Origin: Octopus vulgaris
Lineage: Eukaryota
NCBI GenBank assembly: GCA_951406725.2
Contig: OX597814.1
Coordinates: 130,758,001 to 130,822,000, forward strand
Reading direction: 5' to 3'
Length of the DNA stretch: 64,000 bases
Shown here: positions 28,216-41,869 of the stretch, piece after piece
Position numbering within the stretch: the first letter of the stretch is position 1
Layout of the letters: each line of letters starts with the position of its first letter
The notes under the pieces: generated by a model
What the model saw: the letters and a program-made list of their open reading frames with translations, nothing else
Told to the model about the DNA's origin: nothing
The model's database searches: none
Program-made: the position numbers and the translations under genes

Positions 28216-28768
28216 TTTTTGTATTTGTTATGCGGGGTGTGTTTTGGATTTTTTTTTATCTGGAATTCTCTGTTAATCTAATTGCTGATATTAATGGGCA
28301 TGTCCGTTTTGATATGTATCGTGTTATGTATTGTTACTATGTTCGTATGTATTATTACTAATGATGGATATATTTATTTACGGAGAAACGTCTGATATTG
28401 CAAGTGCTATTTCATGGTTAGGAACTTTTGCTTAAGTAATTTTCATTTGCTCACGTATGACGATTCTTTGGTGAATGTTATTGGTGAAATTGTCAATTAA
28501 GCCAATCAAAGAATTTGTTGAACTAATTAACTTTGTAAACGTTTCAGCACTGGTTTCTTTGTTACAGTCTATTCCGCTCAAACTCATTGCAGGTTGTGTA
28601 ACTGCGAGTTCTACGCTTGGTGCAGTTCGGATTTGGCAAGGTAGTCCCGATAGCCACATATAGATAGCCCGTCAACAAAACGATGTATAATTTTAGCTTT
28701 CAGAAATTAACCCTGGCACCTCATCAGCGAGTTTGTTCGCACCATCGATGGTACTTTACTTTCCACCA

Positions 28769-29226
28769 GGCGGCGAGCTGGCACAACCGTTAGCACGCCG
28801 GGCGAAATGCGTAGCCGTATTTCGTCTGCTGTTGCGTTCTTAGTTCAAATTCCGCCGAGGTTGACTTTGTGTTACATCCTTTCAGGGTCGATTAAATAAG
28901 TACCAGTTAGGCACTAGGGTCGGTATAATCGACTTAATTCCTTTGTTTGTCCTTGTTTGTCCTCTCTGTGTTTAGCTCCTTGTGGGCAATAAAGAGATAG
29001 AAACGTTAGCACGCCGGGCGAAAGTCTTAGCGGTATTTCATCTGTCTTTACATTCTGAGTTCAAATTCCATTGAGATCGACTTTGCCTTTCATCCTTTCG
29101 GTGTCGATAGCCCGTCCATACATTTGGTTTTACTTCTCTTCAATTAAGTACCAGTTGCGTACTGGAGTCGATCTAATCGACCCCTTCCCCAAAATTTCGG
29201 GCCTTGTGCCTAGTGTAGAAAAGAAT
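28769..29226 (+). mobile_element. SINE family B dimer
   Basis: Two heads and cores in tandem, ending ...cgggccttgtgcctagtgtagaaaagaat. Confidence 0.85.
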
Positions 29227-29260
29227 GTTTAATCGGTCGGTTTTGTAAAACATTTACGTC

Positions 29261-29413
29261 GCTGTGTGGTAAGTAGCTTGCTTACCAACCACATTGTTCC
29301 GGGTTCAGTCCCACTCCGTGGCACCTTGAGCAAGTGTCTTCTACTATAGCCTCGGGCCGACCAAAGCCTTATGAGTGGATTTGGTAGACGGAAACTGAAA
29401 GAAGCCCGTCATA

Positions 29414-29463
<50 letters not shown>

Positions 29464-29705
29464 GGTGTGTGTGTGTGTGTGTATGTGTGTGGATGTGTGT
29501 CTGTGTTTGTCCCCCCAACATCGCTTGACAACCGATGCTGGTGTGTTTACGTCCCCGTAACATAGCGGTTCGGCTAAAGATACCGATAGAATAAGTACTA
29601 GGCGTACAAAGAATAAGTCTTAGGGTCGATTTGCTCGACTAAGGGCGGTGCTCCAGTATGGCCACAGCCACATGACTCAAACAAGCAAAGAGTATAGAGT
29701 AAAGA
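29261..29705 (+). mobile_element. SINE family A, near full length
   Basis: Matches 2737-3125, with an expanded internal (TA)n(TG)n tract. Confidence 0.9.
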
Positions 29706-30623
29706 GATATATTGCAAACTGTTTTGTGTTGACTTGAATTTGTATCTCATTATAGCTAAAATAAAACTACGACGTTCAGCTTGAGAGCGAGCAAGCTGTG
29801 TTAGTTTTTTTTTTTATCTAAGCCCATGATACCAATCCCAACACTGAATGCAACAGTGGGAGAAAACATAAATTTCGTTGTTAAAACAGTTATTTCAGAA
29901 CATGTAATTAGTTTGTGAAATAAATATAACATCCAAACTGAGTGCAACAAATCTAAACATAAAGGAGAGCTATTTTCCAATGCATTGTAATAGAAGAAAC
30001 CAAGGAATAGTAAAACCATGGAAAGAGTAATGTAATGATAGTTCTATGAAGAAAACCGTTGTATGTTAACAATGGAAGAAGGAAGGTAAGGCAGCTGCAG
30101 AGAATTGGTAATGTATTAACAATAACATATAAATTGGCCGCGAGCAGCAAGAAGAAAAAACTACAATGTATGTACAATAGAGAGAGAAAGAGATAGAGAA
30201 ATACGAATGGAGCTGATTGTGTATTGTTTATCGTCAGGATGAAAAGTTCTTAGGCTTTATAAGGGTAATGTAAAGAGATTCTGCTTTTCCTGTGGACAGT
30301 TTTATGGATAAAAAAGATGGCAATTATGGATATGTATTTCAGCAAAAGCAACGTTAAATAAGAAGACAGAAAGAAAAAGGAAGGAAAAAGATCAGCTTTG
30401 AGACAATAAAGAGACCGTACATACAAAGAATAAGTTGAAAAGCAAAACCTTTGTTGTAATGTTGGTGTGGTGAAAGAAGAATAGATTATGCTCGTAGCTT
30501 GTTGTATACAACAAACTATCTGACCCAGGCGATGTCAATGTTGTTAACGTTCCTCTTGAACAATTACTATTCGAAGCTGCTTCAAAAACGTGTAGAGAGA
30601 AGGAAATCAAGAAGACTGAGGCT

Positions 30624-30745
30624 GTAGAGTGGCTGGACTGAGTTTAGAGCAGCAGCATTGAGTGTAGAGTCGCAGGATTGAGTGTAGAGTGGCAGGATTG
30701 AGTGTAGAGTCGCAGGATTGGGCGTAGAGTGGCAGGATAGGATGT
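30624..30745. repeat. 20 bp minisatellite, about 6 units
   Basis: Unit gtagagt(g/c)gcaggattgagt. Confidence 0.8.
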
Positions 30746-31292
30746 AGTATTTATTACAGGAATCAGGGTGATCAAAATACAAGGGACGAGAGCAGGAGAG
30801 TCAAGAATGTTTTAACTCAAAATGACATAGGTTGTAATTATGAGATCAATCTAAGAAGGGATATTCTGAAATTTAATACGTACGTTTCAAGTTTGTGTAA
30901 TTTATAATAGAGAACGCATCCATTACGTAAACTTTTCTCAGTTGCAGTTGGTGGTGCTAAAAAAGGAAGGGATGGGAGAAAGAGCGGTTATATGCCAGAG
31001 ATTTCAGTGTACTAGTCTGCGACTTTATGCTAATCACTCGACTGACAGATGTAGGAGCCGTTAGTAATCCATTGTAAGTCTCACCCATAGAAAGTAGTTA
31101 TCAGGGGCCAAAATATTTTCGGGACCTAAAGAGGAAGGCTAGTATTTTTTCTTCACTTGCATTATTTATTATGCTGAGGATGAGTGTTAGGTATCAGAGA
31201 TCTTCTGTAACGGTGACGCATAACAATTATCGTGATGGTTTTTGCTGTGTGGTGTTCATGCTTAGAATGTGGAGATGCTATCAATCTATCTA

Positions 31293-31392
<100 letters not shown>

Positions 31393-31423
31393 CATCCATC
31401 CATCTATCTATCTAGCTAGCTAG

Positions 31424-31500
<77 letters not shown>

Positions 31501-31508
31501 AGAGATAT

Positions 31509-31567
<59 letters not shown>

Positions 31568-31569
31568 TG

Positions 31570-33070
31570 GTGATAAGAAATTTCAGTCCCGGAAAATTCG
31601 GTCCCAATAAATTTGGCCCCAGACAATCTTTCAAATCGGTATCCGGTCATTTCGCCCACTATAGAGTCTGTTCGACCACACATCATTTCGTCCACCGGAT
31701 AACAAATATTTCCAATTTTAAGAAACCCTAATATGGCTGCAAAATGTTTTAAAGGTGAGAAAAAAACAATGACCAATTAACTGATGAACTTAATTATGTT
31801 TACAACTTTCATAAGTTTAGTTCCGATGAGACAAGGAAACTATGCTCGTGTTCAAACAGAGAATAAACCAGATGAATCAATAATTATTTGAACAATCAAT
31901 AGTTATGATCACGAACCAGCACCGAATGTAGTGGAAACATGATTCGCTATTTCAATATCAAGAAAAAAAGTTGCAAGATGGAGATGAAACAAGTACTCGA
32001 GTGCTCATTTCAGAAGCTACAAAAAATATTAGTGAGAATGCGAAATATGAATTACCACGGTTGCAAACAGTTTCTAGAAGCTTTACAATTTGGCGCAATA
32101 AAGCTGTTGGTGCTCCTCCGTTGCCTCTTCATCGAACTGGATTCCTTTAAATACTTCGAAGGCTGTGATTTGTTCCTACAATGCGACAAGGCAGTAATTA
32201 TGAAAAGAGGATTTTAATCTTTGCCTCTAACGAAGGTCTTCAACAACTGGAAAACACCTCATTTTTAGGAATGGATGGTACATTCAAATCATCACCAAGT
32301 GCATCGTATCAGCTTTTCACTATTCATACTATCCTAAATGGTAGATCTTGTCCTCGAACTTTCATTATACTGCCGGATAAAACACAAGATTTTTCTTGAG
32401 ATAAAAAAATTGCGGCTCAATATTAAACCTCATCAAGCATTGATTGACTTTGAACGAGCAATTCGTAACAGCTGTGTCTATAACTTTACTGGAAGCACCA
32501 GCGTATATCGTTTATTTCATTTTTGCCAGACAGTTTATAGAAAATTATGCTAACTCGGATATAAAGTTCAATATATTACTGATGGTTTTTTGCCACTAAA
32601 ATAAAAATGTTCTACGCACTGACATTTTTACCACCAGAAGAAATAATTGATACTTATGGAAACCCCTGTGAGGACAAATCAGTTTCAATAGATTTTATAT
32701 GCTATTTCGAGCTGACATACATTGGACCAAAGAGAGGAAGACGTGGAAGACGTGGAAAACGGGAAGAGCCCTTGTATCCGGTTCATTTTTGGAATGCTTA
32801 CAGCCAAGTAGTTCAGGAATTGCCTCGGACAAACAATGCTCTTGGGGGGCTTCTGTCAGCATTGCACACATCAATAACAAGCAAGCACCCAAACATCTGG
32901 AAGCTTATTGATACTCTCCGAAAAGAAGAATCCCTTACACATACCAAAATAATTCCTGCTCAAAGAGGTGATAATCCACATAAAAAGAGAAAATATCAGT
33001 CAATAGATACGCAGATAAAAAACCTTGTGCAGTCTGCCAGAATTTTCGACTCGAGTCAAATATAACAAAC
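31570..33070 (+). pseudogene. Decayed MULE/Mutator DNA transposon (transposase pseudogene)
   Basis: MDGTFK..YQLFTIH, IDFERAI, FHFCQTVYRK, YFELTYIG, FWN..LPRTNNAL; short subterminal repeats (aatt(t/c)(g/a)g(t/c)ccc) at 31578-31700. Confidence 0.85.
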
Positions 33071-33948
33071 TACTCTAAATCATTGTTAGAGAATCCCCAT
33101 AAGTGGAGTCTAGAGTGGCATAAGTTGTAATAATGACGTCAAGTCAAACCATATAGCAATATATTGGAATTATTTAATACGTGCGTTTCATGTCTACGTA
33201 AATTATATTAGGAAACGCATCCATTACGTAAATCTTTCTCAGTTAAAGTATTTCAGAATATGAAGAAATTGATAGAAATTTTCAATAAATACATGGTAGC
33301 CGAGTTACTGTTCTACTCCCACATCAATCGTAAATATTTCTGTATCTGGTGTGTGTTTGTAAATCAATGTGCATGTGTGTGCGTGAGAGAGAGAGGGGGG
33401 AGAGAAGGGGCGTTTGTATATGTGCATGTCTACGTGTGTGTATGTGGGTGGATGTACGATGTGGTGAGCTTATGAAGTGGAGAGGCGTAGATTTGGAGAT
33501 TTCCATTGTATGAGGTGCTGAGTTCGGATAAAATTCGGATCAGCAAATGGTAAGTCTTCCCTCGAGAGAGTACTGGTCGTAGAACCATAGTGGTTAGAGA
33601 TCAAAAGGAATGGTTGCAGTTCGGATTGAAGGAGAACTTGCTAGCTGCACGGTGCATAGAGGCATCTCTCGTGGTTCTAGTATAGTCTCGTAGGAGTTAC
33701 GATTATATGTAGCTAGTATCATAATTGTTTTTTTTTTATGCTTATAAGAAAAAAAGTTGAAAAATAAAACTAATTTAATATATGTTTTGACATTGGACTG
33801 AGTTAATAAAAAATAAAAACAACGTAAATCCTCTGTCGACTTCGACGACGAGTATTCTACCTACACGATCAACAGACCATTCTGTTAATTTCTATATGAT
33901 TGTGTGCTTCTCAGACACACCTACACTCTTCACACACTAACCAATCGG

Positions 33949-34001
<53 letters not shown>

Positions 34002-34013
34002 GTGTGTGTGTGT

Positions 34014-34077
<64 letters not shown>

Positions 34078-35989
34078 TAAACCTATCACTCTGTATTACT
34101 CGCGGGTTTCCATACAGTCTCCGTCTAATCAATTTCACTGCCGACCCGAGAAAACAGTGAAAAATACTTGCAAAAAATGCTACGCAATAGGATCAAACCC
34201 GGGACCTTATAACTGCGAAACTTTTTAACTACTCCAACAAACATTCCACAGAATTATGTGAAGGAACATCTTGAGGTTGACTCGGCTATTTGTATCTACT
34301 CCTCTGAATACGTCAGTGAAAAGAAATCAATATGCTATTTAAATTCTCTAGCAAACTCTGTAAATGAAGAGGTAAAGATGTTTCCATAAGTCTTGAATAA
34401 TGCCAATACATTCCACATGTGCCACTAAGTTAATGTTCTTGGTAAAGGTATGGATGAACACTACACTATCGCATTTGTTTCTCTGCTGAAAATATAAGTT
34501 TGTGTTATCTGGCGGACTAATATTAAAATAAATATTTTAATTCCTTATACAATATATGTTGTTTAGTGGAGACAGCTGACATCTATCATTCGTAAAGTCT
34601 TCTTCATATTCCGGCTGTAGAAAAAAAAGGGGGAGAAAAAAGAAAGGAAAATCTTCGTTTTTACCATACAAACTACAGTTCAAAGAAAGCCTGAAGGGAA
34701 TTAAGAAATGTTTATTTTCCAAGAATATGACATAAGTGAAATCAAAGACTCAGTGTGTGGCAACGCAACAGCAGGGGGAATAATAATGATTTCTAACATT
34801 GGCAAAAGGCCATTAATTTGGGGTAAGGGAAAACAGTTGATTGAATCACTCCAGTACATGGCTTTAAATATCTGGAATATAATTTCCTTCGGCGCACCCA
34901 TCCGTTCTGCCTTCAGCCACACAGAAAAGAAATCGTTTGTAAGAGAGACATTTGGAACAACATTTCTTTCTTAAAAGGTATGTGAAGTATAGTCGATTAA
35001 ATCGAAACCTGTACTCCTGTACTTGAATAGTATTTATATTATCATCTCCCGGAAAGATAAAAGATCATTTTTCGCACCCCGTCTGGGATTTGTTCTGAAA
35101 ACTGCAAGGTATATTTTTTCCGATGTCTTACCCACTCTGTGACTTGTATAAACAGATACCTTTGAGTACATCTCATGTGATATAGACAGTATTGAGGACA
35201 TAGCCAATCTCAAGGGCAGTATTAATATGAGAGATAAGGAATGCTGTTTAGTTCACAACTAACAAGACTCAATGAAAATCTAATAAAAACTCAAATAGAG
35301 AGAAACAATAATTCACCTCCATCACAACACTTGAGCTCAGGCATGATTGTACAATTAAAGGGTTTCGTTTTGGAGTTTGATCCCTCTGCGGGTTACATTA
35401 TAGAGGTGTTTTCTGTCAGGTTCATTAAAACCTTGTGCATAAAATTTTGTAAGATAGAAACTGTGCGGAAGTTCATTGCAGTAGGATCCTTTCGTTCTTG
35501 GATAGTAGTCTTTATAATTACCCTGTTTTACATTTATACCTGTTTATATATATATATATATATATATACTTTTGGCAGAGTTGACTCTGTTGGAAACATT
35601 TGGGCTAGATCTACAAGCTGAGAATAAGTGCCTTCTTTCTTCCCATCACTCTTTGAAACTGTGAAAGGGGACCACTAGTGTTGTTCTTCTTTCTGATGAA
35701 GTCACTAAATTATCTAGAATACAATGATGACTGGGCCAATAAAGATTTCAAGGTCACAGAACAGTTGTAAACAGAATTGAAATCGCAACAAAGAAAGATC
35801 AATCCTGTTAAAAAGAAAACCTTGTAAAAAAATTAAGAATATAACAAAGCCAAAATGGCGTTCGGTGCTTCAGGCTCGCAAGTCCGCAAAAAGGCAACTT
35901 TACGTGGTTAGAGATATATTGCTCAAGGCTAAACGTGTACTGTTACGAATTGCGAAAAGAACAACGCGCCAATGAAGAAGAGTCTAGTC

Positions 35990-36154
35990 CAGTGGCCCCC
36001 AACCTCTGGTCCGCGAGTCCTTGGTAATCTGCAAAGATAGTACTGGGGGTCTGTGAACATGTTGAGTTGACAAACTTATCAATATCCTGGTGTCCGTGGG
36101 GAAACTCATTTAAATAAAAGGGGTCGTTGGTAGTGAAAAGGTTGGGAATCACTT
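35990..36154. mobile_element. hAT/Charlie-type MITE, diverged
   Basis: cagtggcccccaacct...aggttgggaatcact; decayed 8 bp TSD gtctagtc/gttttgtt. Confidence 0.65.
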
Positions 36155-36499
36155 GTTTTGTTGATAGTCTGACCTGCTAGAAATAACATGTAAATGTTGC
36201 TAAAATCACGTCCTACTGTTATACAAATCTTTCGGGTGGTCGTAGTTGGAACGCTTTCGATCATAGGGCTGCTCCGCCAGAATTAGCAATAACAACAAAC
36301 TGAAAGAATGTTCAAAATACGGAAATGTAAGTCATAGAGAACTGAACAAGTCAATTATTAGCTTGTCATATTTTACTGATGCTGTGGATACGTTTGAGAT
36401 GGTGGGTAGCTTATGAAATCTAATTCTTCACGGTAATGGAACAAAGATCACAAAGAAAAATGATATGTTGTATATTGACAAGTTTGATTTGACATGTGA

Positions 36500-36660
36500 T
36501 CAATAGACCCCAAGAGATATTGAGATTAAAAGAAATATTCTCCTAGGAGATTTATTATCTCTTCCGTTTGTTAAAGCTTTGATCCTGTTGTCTTATATAT
36601 TACGAAAGTGTAAACCAAGATACCTTATAAGCAAAAGTAACAAAGACTTCAACAAGTTTA
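36500..36660 (+). pseudogene. Old non-LTR RT fragment
   Basis: EIKRNILLGDLLSLPFVKALILLSYILR resembles the I.RGI.QGD.LSP.LF..AL.PLS motif. Confidence 0.45.
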
Positions 36661-37329
36661 ATGTTCATAATATCCTAATGTTCATAATGTTCAAAAGTGT
36701 GAAGGATCTAGCTTCTTTGATATAATCAATGAGTGTTTTCAACTTATATATGAGTGTGTTGTTTGTTATTAACAAGTGTGCTATACTAGACAGTAGTTCC
36801 TATCATGTCCGACTAAGTCCTGACTCTATTATGACCAAAACCACAATTCAAAGAGCTACAGGAACAGACTTGACAATGGGAGAAAATATCAAAGTAATGT
36901 TAGTCTAAAACAACGGAAGACATAGCAGAGGGTGGGGGGGCAATAGATTTGGCCTAAAGATGGAGGATTAAACAAAGGGAGAGAATTCTTGACCGTGGCT
37001 GGCCAAAGTTAAAAAATTAAAATAAATCTTATCGAAACAAAAATCGATAAAGCCAGCAAGATGGTGTGTATGTAAACATTCACAAGACTGCCAGTCATTT
37101 CCTGTGGAAATTTAGTAAAATGATACCAACCTCGTAAAAACAATGATTAAACTATATCAAAAATGAAATTAATACCAAGCAATTTAAAATTGTTGAATCG
37201 AACTCACGGCCTTACGATTGTGAGCCGATTACCCTAAAAACTAAGCCATGCACCTTCACTCAGTTAGTGGGAGGCAGAACGTATCTGCCTTAGTCGATCT
37301 GAGTGTCACACTTGGATATTCGATATGCC

Positions 37330-37445
37330 TTGAGGATGAAAGGCAAAGTCGACCTCGGCGGAATTTGAACTCAGAATGTAACGGCAGACGAAATACGGCT
37401 ACGCATTTCGCCCGGCGTGCTAACGTTTCTGCCAGCTCGCCGCCT
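37330..37445 (-). mobile_element. SINE family B, 5' part
   Basis: ggatgaaaggcaaagtcgacctcggcggaatttgaactc...gccagctcgccgcc. Confidence 0.85.
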
Positions 37446-37701
37446 TGTTGTGGCTATATACCATCAGATTAGTTGTAATCGAGCAGATACATTATAAAAC
37501 AAGTTTAAATGTGACTATCACAACTTTTGTTTTCCAGATTTTAATGACTATCAATATGATTCTAAATCTATATTCTTCAACTAGTATTATTCCTCCACTT
37601 TACACAGAAACCAAGTATGTAGAAATCAATTCTTGGATTTCACTTGTATCTAGTTAGATGGCTACAGGAGTAAGAAAATTTGTAATTCATTGAATTTGCC
37701 G

Positions 37702-37958
37702 TGGAGACGCGTGGCTTAGTGGTTAGGGTGTCAGCATCACGATCGTAAGATTGTGGTTTCGATTCCTGAACCGGGCGACGCGTTGTCTTCTTGAGCAAAA
37801 CACTTCATTTCACATTGTTCCAGTCCACTCAGCTGGCAAAAATGAGTAACGCTGCGATGGACTGGCGTCCCGTCCAGCTGGGGAACACATACGCCATAGA
37901 AACCGGGAAACCGGGCCCATGAGCCTGGCTAGGCTTTAAAAGGGCACATTTATTATTA
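37702..37958 (+). mobile_element. SINE family C (tRNA head, V-SINE-like domain)
   Basis: A box tggcttagtgg, B box gtttcgattcc, ctgcgatggactggcgtcccgtccag, (TTA)n tail; second copy at 50240-50495. Confidence 0.85.
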
Positions 37959-38398
37959 TTTTTTTGCGGGGGGGGAATTTGCCCCATTTAGATTAATTAA
38001 TTGTGTACCTTTACATTCCGAGTTCAAATTCCGATGTAGTCATCATCGTCTTTCACTTTCTTAATCTATGAAAATCTAGGGTCTGTTAGACCAGGACGAA
38101 TAGGATTTTTATAACGACGATGATGATACTTTTATGTTTTAAGAAATATCCGAGGAATAATGTTAACGTTGTTGCCGTTGCTATTTAATGCTTTTTTTAA
38201 TTCTTGATCAAGAAAGATTAATGTCAAAGACACTCTAACAATGACCACCCCATCTTCTAGTCAGGTAGAGCATCTCGAACTAATTTGTCCGATGTTTTCT
38301 GTTTTTAAAGATAATTACGTGGGATGTATAAGAGAAGAGCGACGACTTCCCAAGTAGGTTGCAACTGCTGTTGTGGTTGATTGTGCTGTTGTTGTTGT

Positions 38399-38453
<55 letters not shown>

Positions 38454-38519
38454 GGTGGTGGTGGTGGTGGTGGTGGTGGTGATGGTGGTGGTGATGATGA
38501 CGATGACGATGATTTTTCA

Positions 38520-38700
38520 GCCTCGTGTCAACCCTAACCGAGAAGTTCTGCGATAGAAAATATTCCATCCATTGTCGAGTCGCTTATTTTCTTCTAGAAC
38601 ACTGCGCTTTGGTGACATTATTAAACAACGACAGACTGTGATTTGAGAGAGATTTTGCTGCCATTCCTAACAGGCTGAGTACACAAAGTAGATGCTCCAT
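38520..38700 (+). mobile_element. Old dispersed repeat family D (representative copy)
   Basis: Motif gtgatttgag.gagattt.gctgc.att.cta recurs at ~47655 and ~49640 (+) and at ~36170, ~45310 and ~50745 (-), often beside trinucleotide tracts. Confidence 0.5.
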
Positions 38701-39058
38701 TATCACCTCGAAGTGCCTTCTTGTACTTGGTGGTCGGTTTAGCGATGTGGTTCTTATTGATTAGCAGATATATAATCGAAATTGTCCCAGTCTCAACGAC
38801 ACTTCCGTCCGCGTACCAGACAAAGTAACTCTGGGATTAATGCCCCTCATGTGCACTTTTTATTTAAAAGCAGTTTGGTGTTTCATTTGAGCAGTTGTGT
38901 AAAAGTACACCTCGTTCATTGATAAGATCATGAAGCTCAGTTAAGGGAAAGGGCAACATGCATGTGAGAAAAGGTACACCTCGTTAGGCATATGTGTGCG
39001 TATATGTCTATATATATACATATGCGTATGTGTATAAACACGTATATATGTATGCTTT

Positions 39059-39093
<35 letters not shown>

Positions 39094-39275
39094 CATATGT
39101 ATGTTTAAAATATATATATATATATATCTTTTCATACATACATACATACACACATATATATGTGTTGGGTGTGTGAGTATTTTTTGTTTGTTTTAGCCAT
39201 CAACCAAAGGGTATGTTGATTAATGCGTTTTTTTCTAGGTGACCAAGATGAAAAGAAATCTAATATATATATATA

Positions 39276-39323
<48 letters not shown>

Positions 39324-40199
39324 CATATATATATATATATACATAACCAGACTCTATACACTTCCAGTGCAAGTGTATATTGGTTACTCTGCTATTTTAG
39401 AACTATTTCATAAACAAACACCATGTATTATATACGTGTATGCATACACACATATGCACACACTCTGTGCTTGTATGCATGCTGTATTTATTTCATTTAT
39501 CCATGTATATCTGTATATATGTATATACATGAATATCATGTGCATATGGTTGTGAGTGTGTGTGTGTGTGTGTGTGTGTAGCAAGGAAAGATATTTTAGG
39601 CGTTGCTGTTTCCTTAACATTGAAGAAGGAAACGAGGCAGAGTCGTTCAGGAACTGTCCCTGTCTATGTTTATTCACTGCAGGTGTCAGTCAATCAGTCA
39701 AGGAAATTGACTGGTTGTGCTAAATAAATAAGCGAAAATCCCATGTGAAAATCCTACGAAATAAAGGATGCTGATGGGAATTGCAGCAACAGTACACCGA
39801 AAGAATGTACTTAAACACACACACACACAGACAAAAACATGCAGGCACACTAACGCATGAACGCATCGCCCTCTCCCTGCGAGCATAGATCTATATACGG
39901 ACGAACGCATAAAAACATATTTTCTTCCCATCGAGAAACACAAATGCATCTGGACAATTCACTGAATGGTATTAAGCGTATAAATGAATTTCGGTCGCTG
40001 AGTTAAATTCTGAGATGTAGACACACCTGCCAAAATACTTTCTAATCCTGATAGACACAGATCTCCATTGAGATACATGAATGTGTGCGGCGCGCGTATA
40101 AACACACATACGTACATGTGTGTAGGTGTATTAATGCATGTAGCATGTATGTCTGTATGTTTGTGTGTGTGTATATGTATATTAGAGTATTGGGAAACT

Positions 40200-40780
40200 G
40201 CTTTGCAGGGTTAGTTCCGGTTCTTTACGTTTTGATTTCAAATCCCACCGAGGTCAGCTTTGCCTTTTATCCTCTCATGGTCGGTGAAATAAGTACTAGA
40301 TGAACTCAGAGGTTAATGTAATCGACTTCTTCATCCTCGAAAATTGCTGGCCTTGTGACAAAATTAAAAAGAATTGTTGTTAATATACCTTTCGCTTTTA
40401 AGGCAGCGAGCTGGACGAAATGCTCTGCGGTATTTCACCTGTCGTTACGTTCTGAGTTCAAATTCCGCCGAGGTCGACTTTGCCTTTCATCCTTTCGGGG
40501 TCGATTAAATAAGTACTAGTTACGCACTGGGTGTCGATATAATCGACTTATTCCGTTTGTCTGTCCTTGTTTGTCCTCTCTGTGTTTAGCCCCTTGTGGC
40601 TAGTAAAGAAATAGGTATTTGATCTGTCGTTACGTTCTGCGTTCAAATTCCGACGAAGTCAACTTTGCCTTTTATCTTTCGGAGTCGATACATTAAGCAC
40701 CAGTGGAACACTGAGGTCGATGTAACCGACTAGTCCCCTAGCCACAAATTTCAGGCCTTGGGCCTATAGTAGAAAGGATT
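40200..40780 (+). mobile_element. SINE family B: an old copy plus a younger dimer (40400-40780)
   Basis: Repeated gttcaaattcc and gcctttcatcctttcggggtcgat blocks. Confidence 0.82.
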
Positions 40781-40929
40781 ATTATACTTTTCGTTCGCTT
40801 ACCACTTCACTGTTGGGCTGCTGGTATTCGATTTCTAGATATCAAATTGGATTCGGTCACCTTAGATATCTAGCATCTATCTTGTAATTTTTGATGCACT
40901 AAACAAACAGACATTCTGTAGAATGAGAT

Positions 40930-41350
40930 ACTCCATCTCGATATCTAATATCTGACAGACTTCTTACAACTGTACCAAGGGTGTCTGTTATAATTAAGAT
41001 AATAACTTTCTCTGCAATTACGAGTTCTCTGACTTCTGCATTTAGGTCCAGCTCTTTTAGAATATTTTTTTTCCTATTCTTTTTCTACCATTCTTGTATC
41101 AAGCAGGTTAGTCACGTCGATTAAGCAATACGCTCATTCCACTTCCGCAGTGAATGGTGATATTTGGGTTTAAATGCTCTATTTGCTTATCCATTTCTGT
41201 TTTCATATCTCATTGTGCCTTTACATGGTTTTCAGTAATGTGTTCTGTTTTATGGTCATAGCATTTTCCTATGTGTTTAAATCTAAGCATTTTGTACACG
41301 CAGTCGTTTCCTCTCTTTCATAACAATCAATTGCACCCGAGAAATCATCG
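40930..41350 (-). pseudogene. Decayed RLE LINE C-terminal fragment
   Basis: Minus strand KPNI, LIDV and IITDTLGTVV (similar to IIGALGTV). Confidence 0.5.
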
Positions 41351-41579
41351 TTCTCATCTCAAGCCTTGCGTTATACACACGGACCCGGGTTTCCCTTCGC
41401 AAATACTAATCGGACGCAGACAGTGTGTCGTTAGCCAGCTGAAGGAGATGTCTTCCTGGGGTTATAAACAGCAGTAGCATCGTCCACTATGGGTCCGCAA
41501 CATTTAGGTGGCAAATATACTTCACGATTCCGTGCTGCTACTGTTTACACCTCGCTCAGAGATTTATTATTGCTTTTAA

Positions 41580-41658
<79 letters not shown>

Positions 41659-41869
41659 TGTGTGTGTGAAGGGCCCAGAGTTTCAAGCATTGCACTTATC
41701 ACATGAGTAGTAGTGGAAATACATGGTTACTACGCTTGATAAATATAAATTTGGAACATTTAAATTTAAATGCATCATAATTTGCATTACACAATCTTAA
41801 CATGATTGAATCATTGATTTCACAAAATACGTGAAAATTATATAAATTAATAAAATGTGAACATTTAAA

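Noticed and set aside
28680-28735. ctgatga...gaaa on the minus strand as a hammerhead
   Set aside because: Helices I-III do not pair convincingly
30624-30745. CRISPR-like regular repeats (also 48225-48465)
   Set aside because: Tandem units without unique spacers, no cas genes, eukaryotic context
37702-37780. tRNA genes at the SINE heads
   Set aside because: A and B boxes are present but continue into SINE bodies, with no proper acceptor stem
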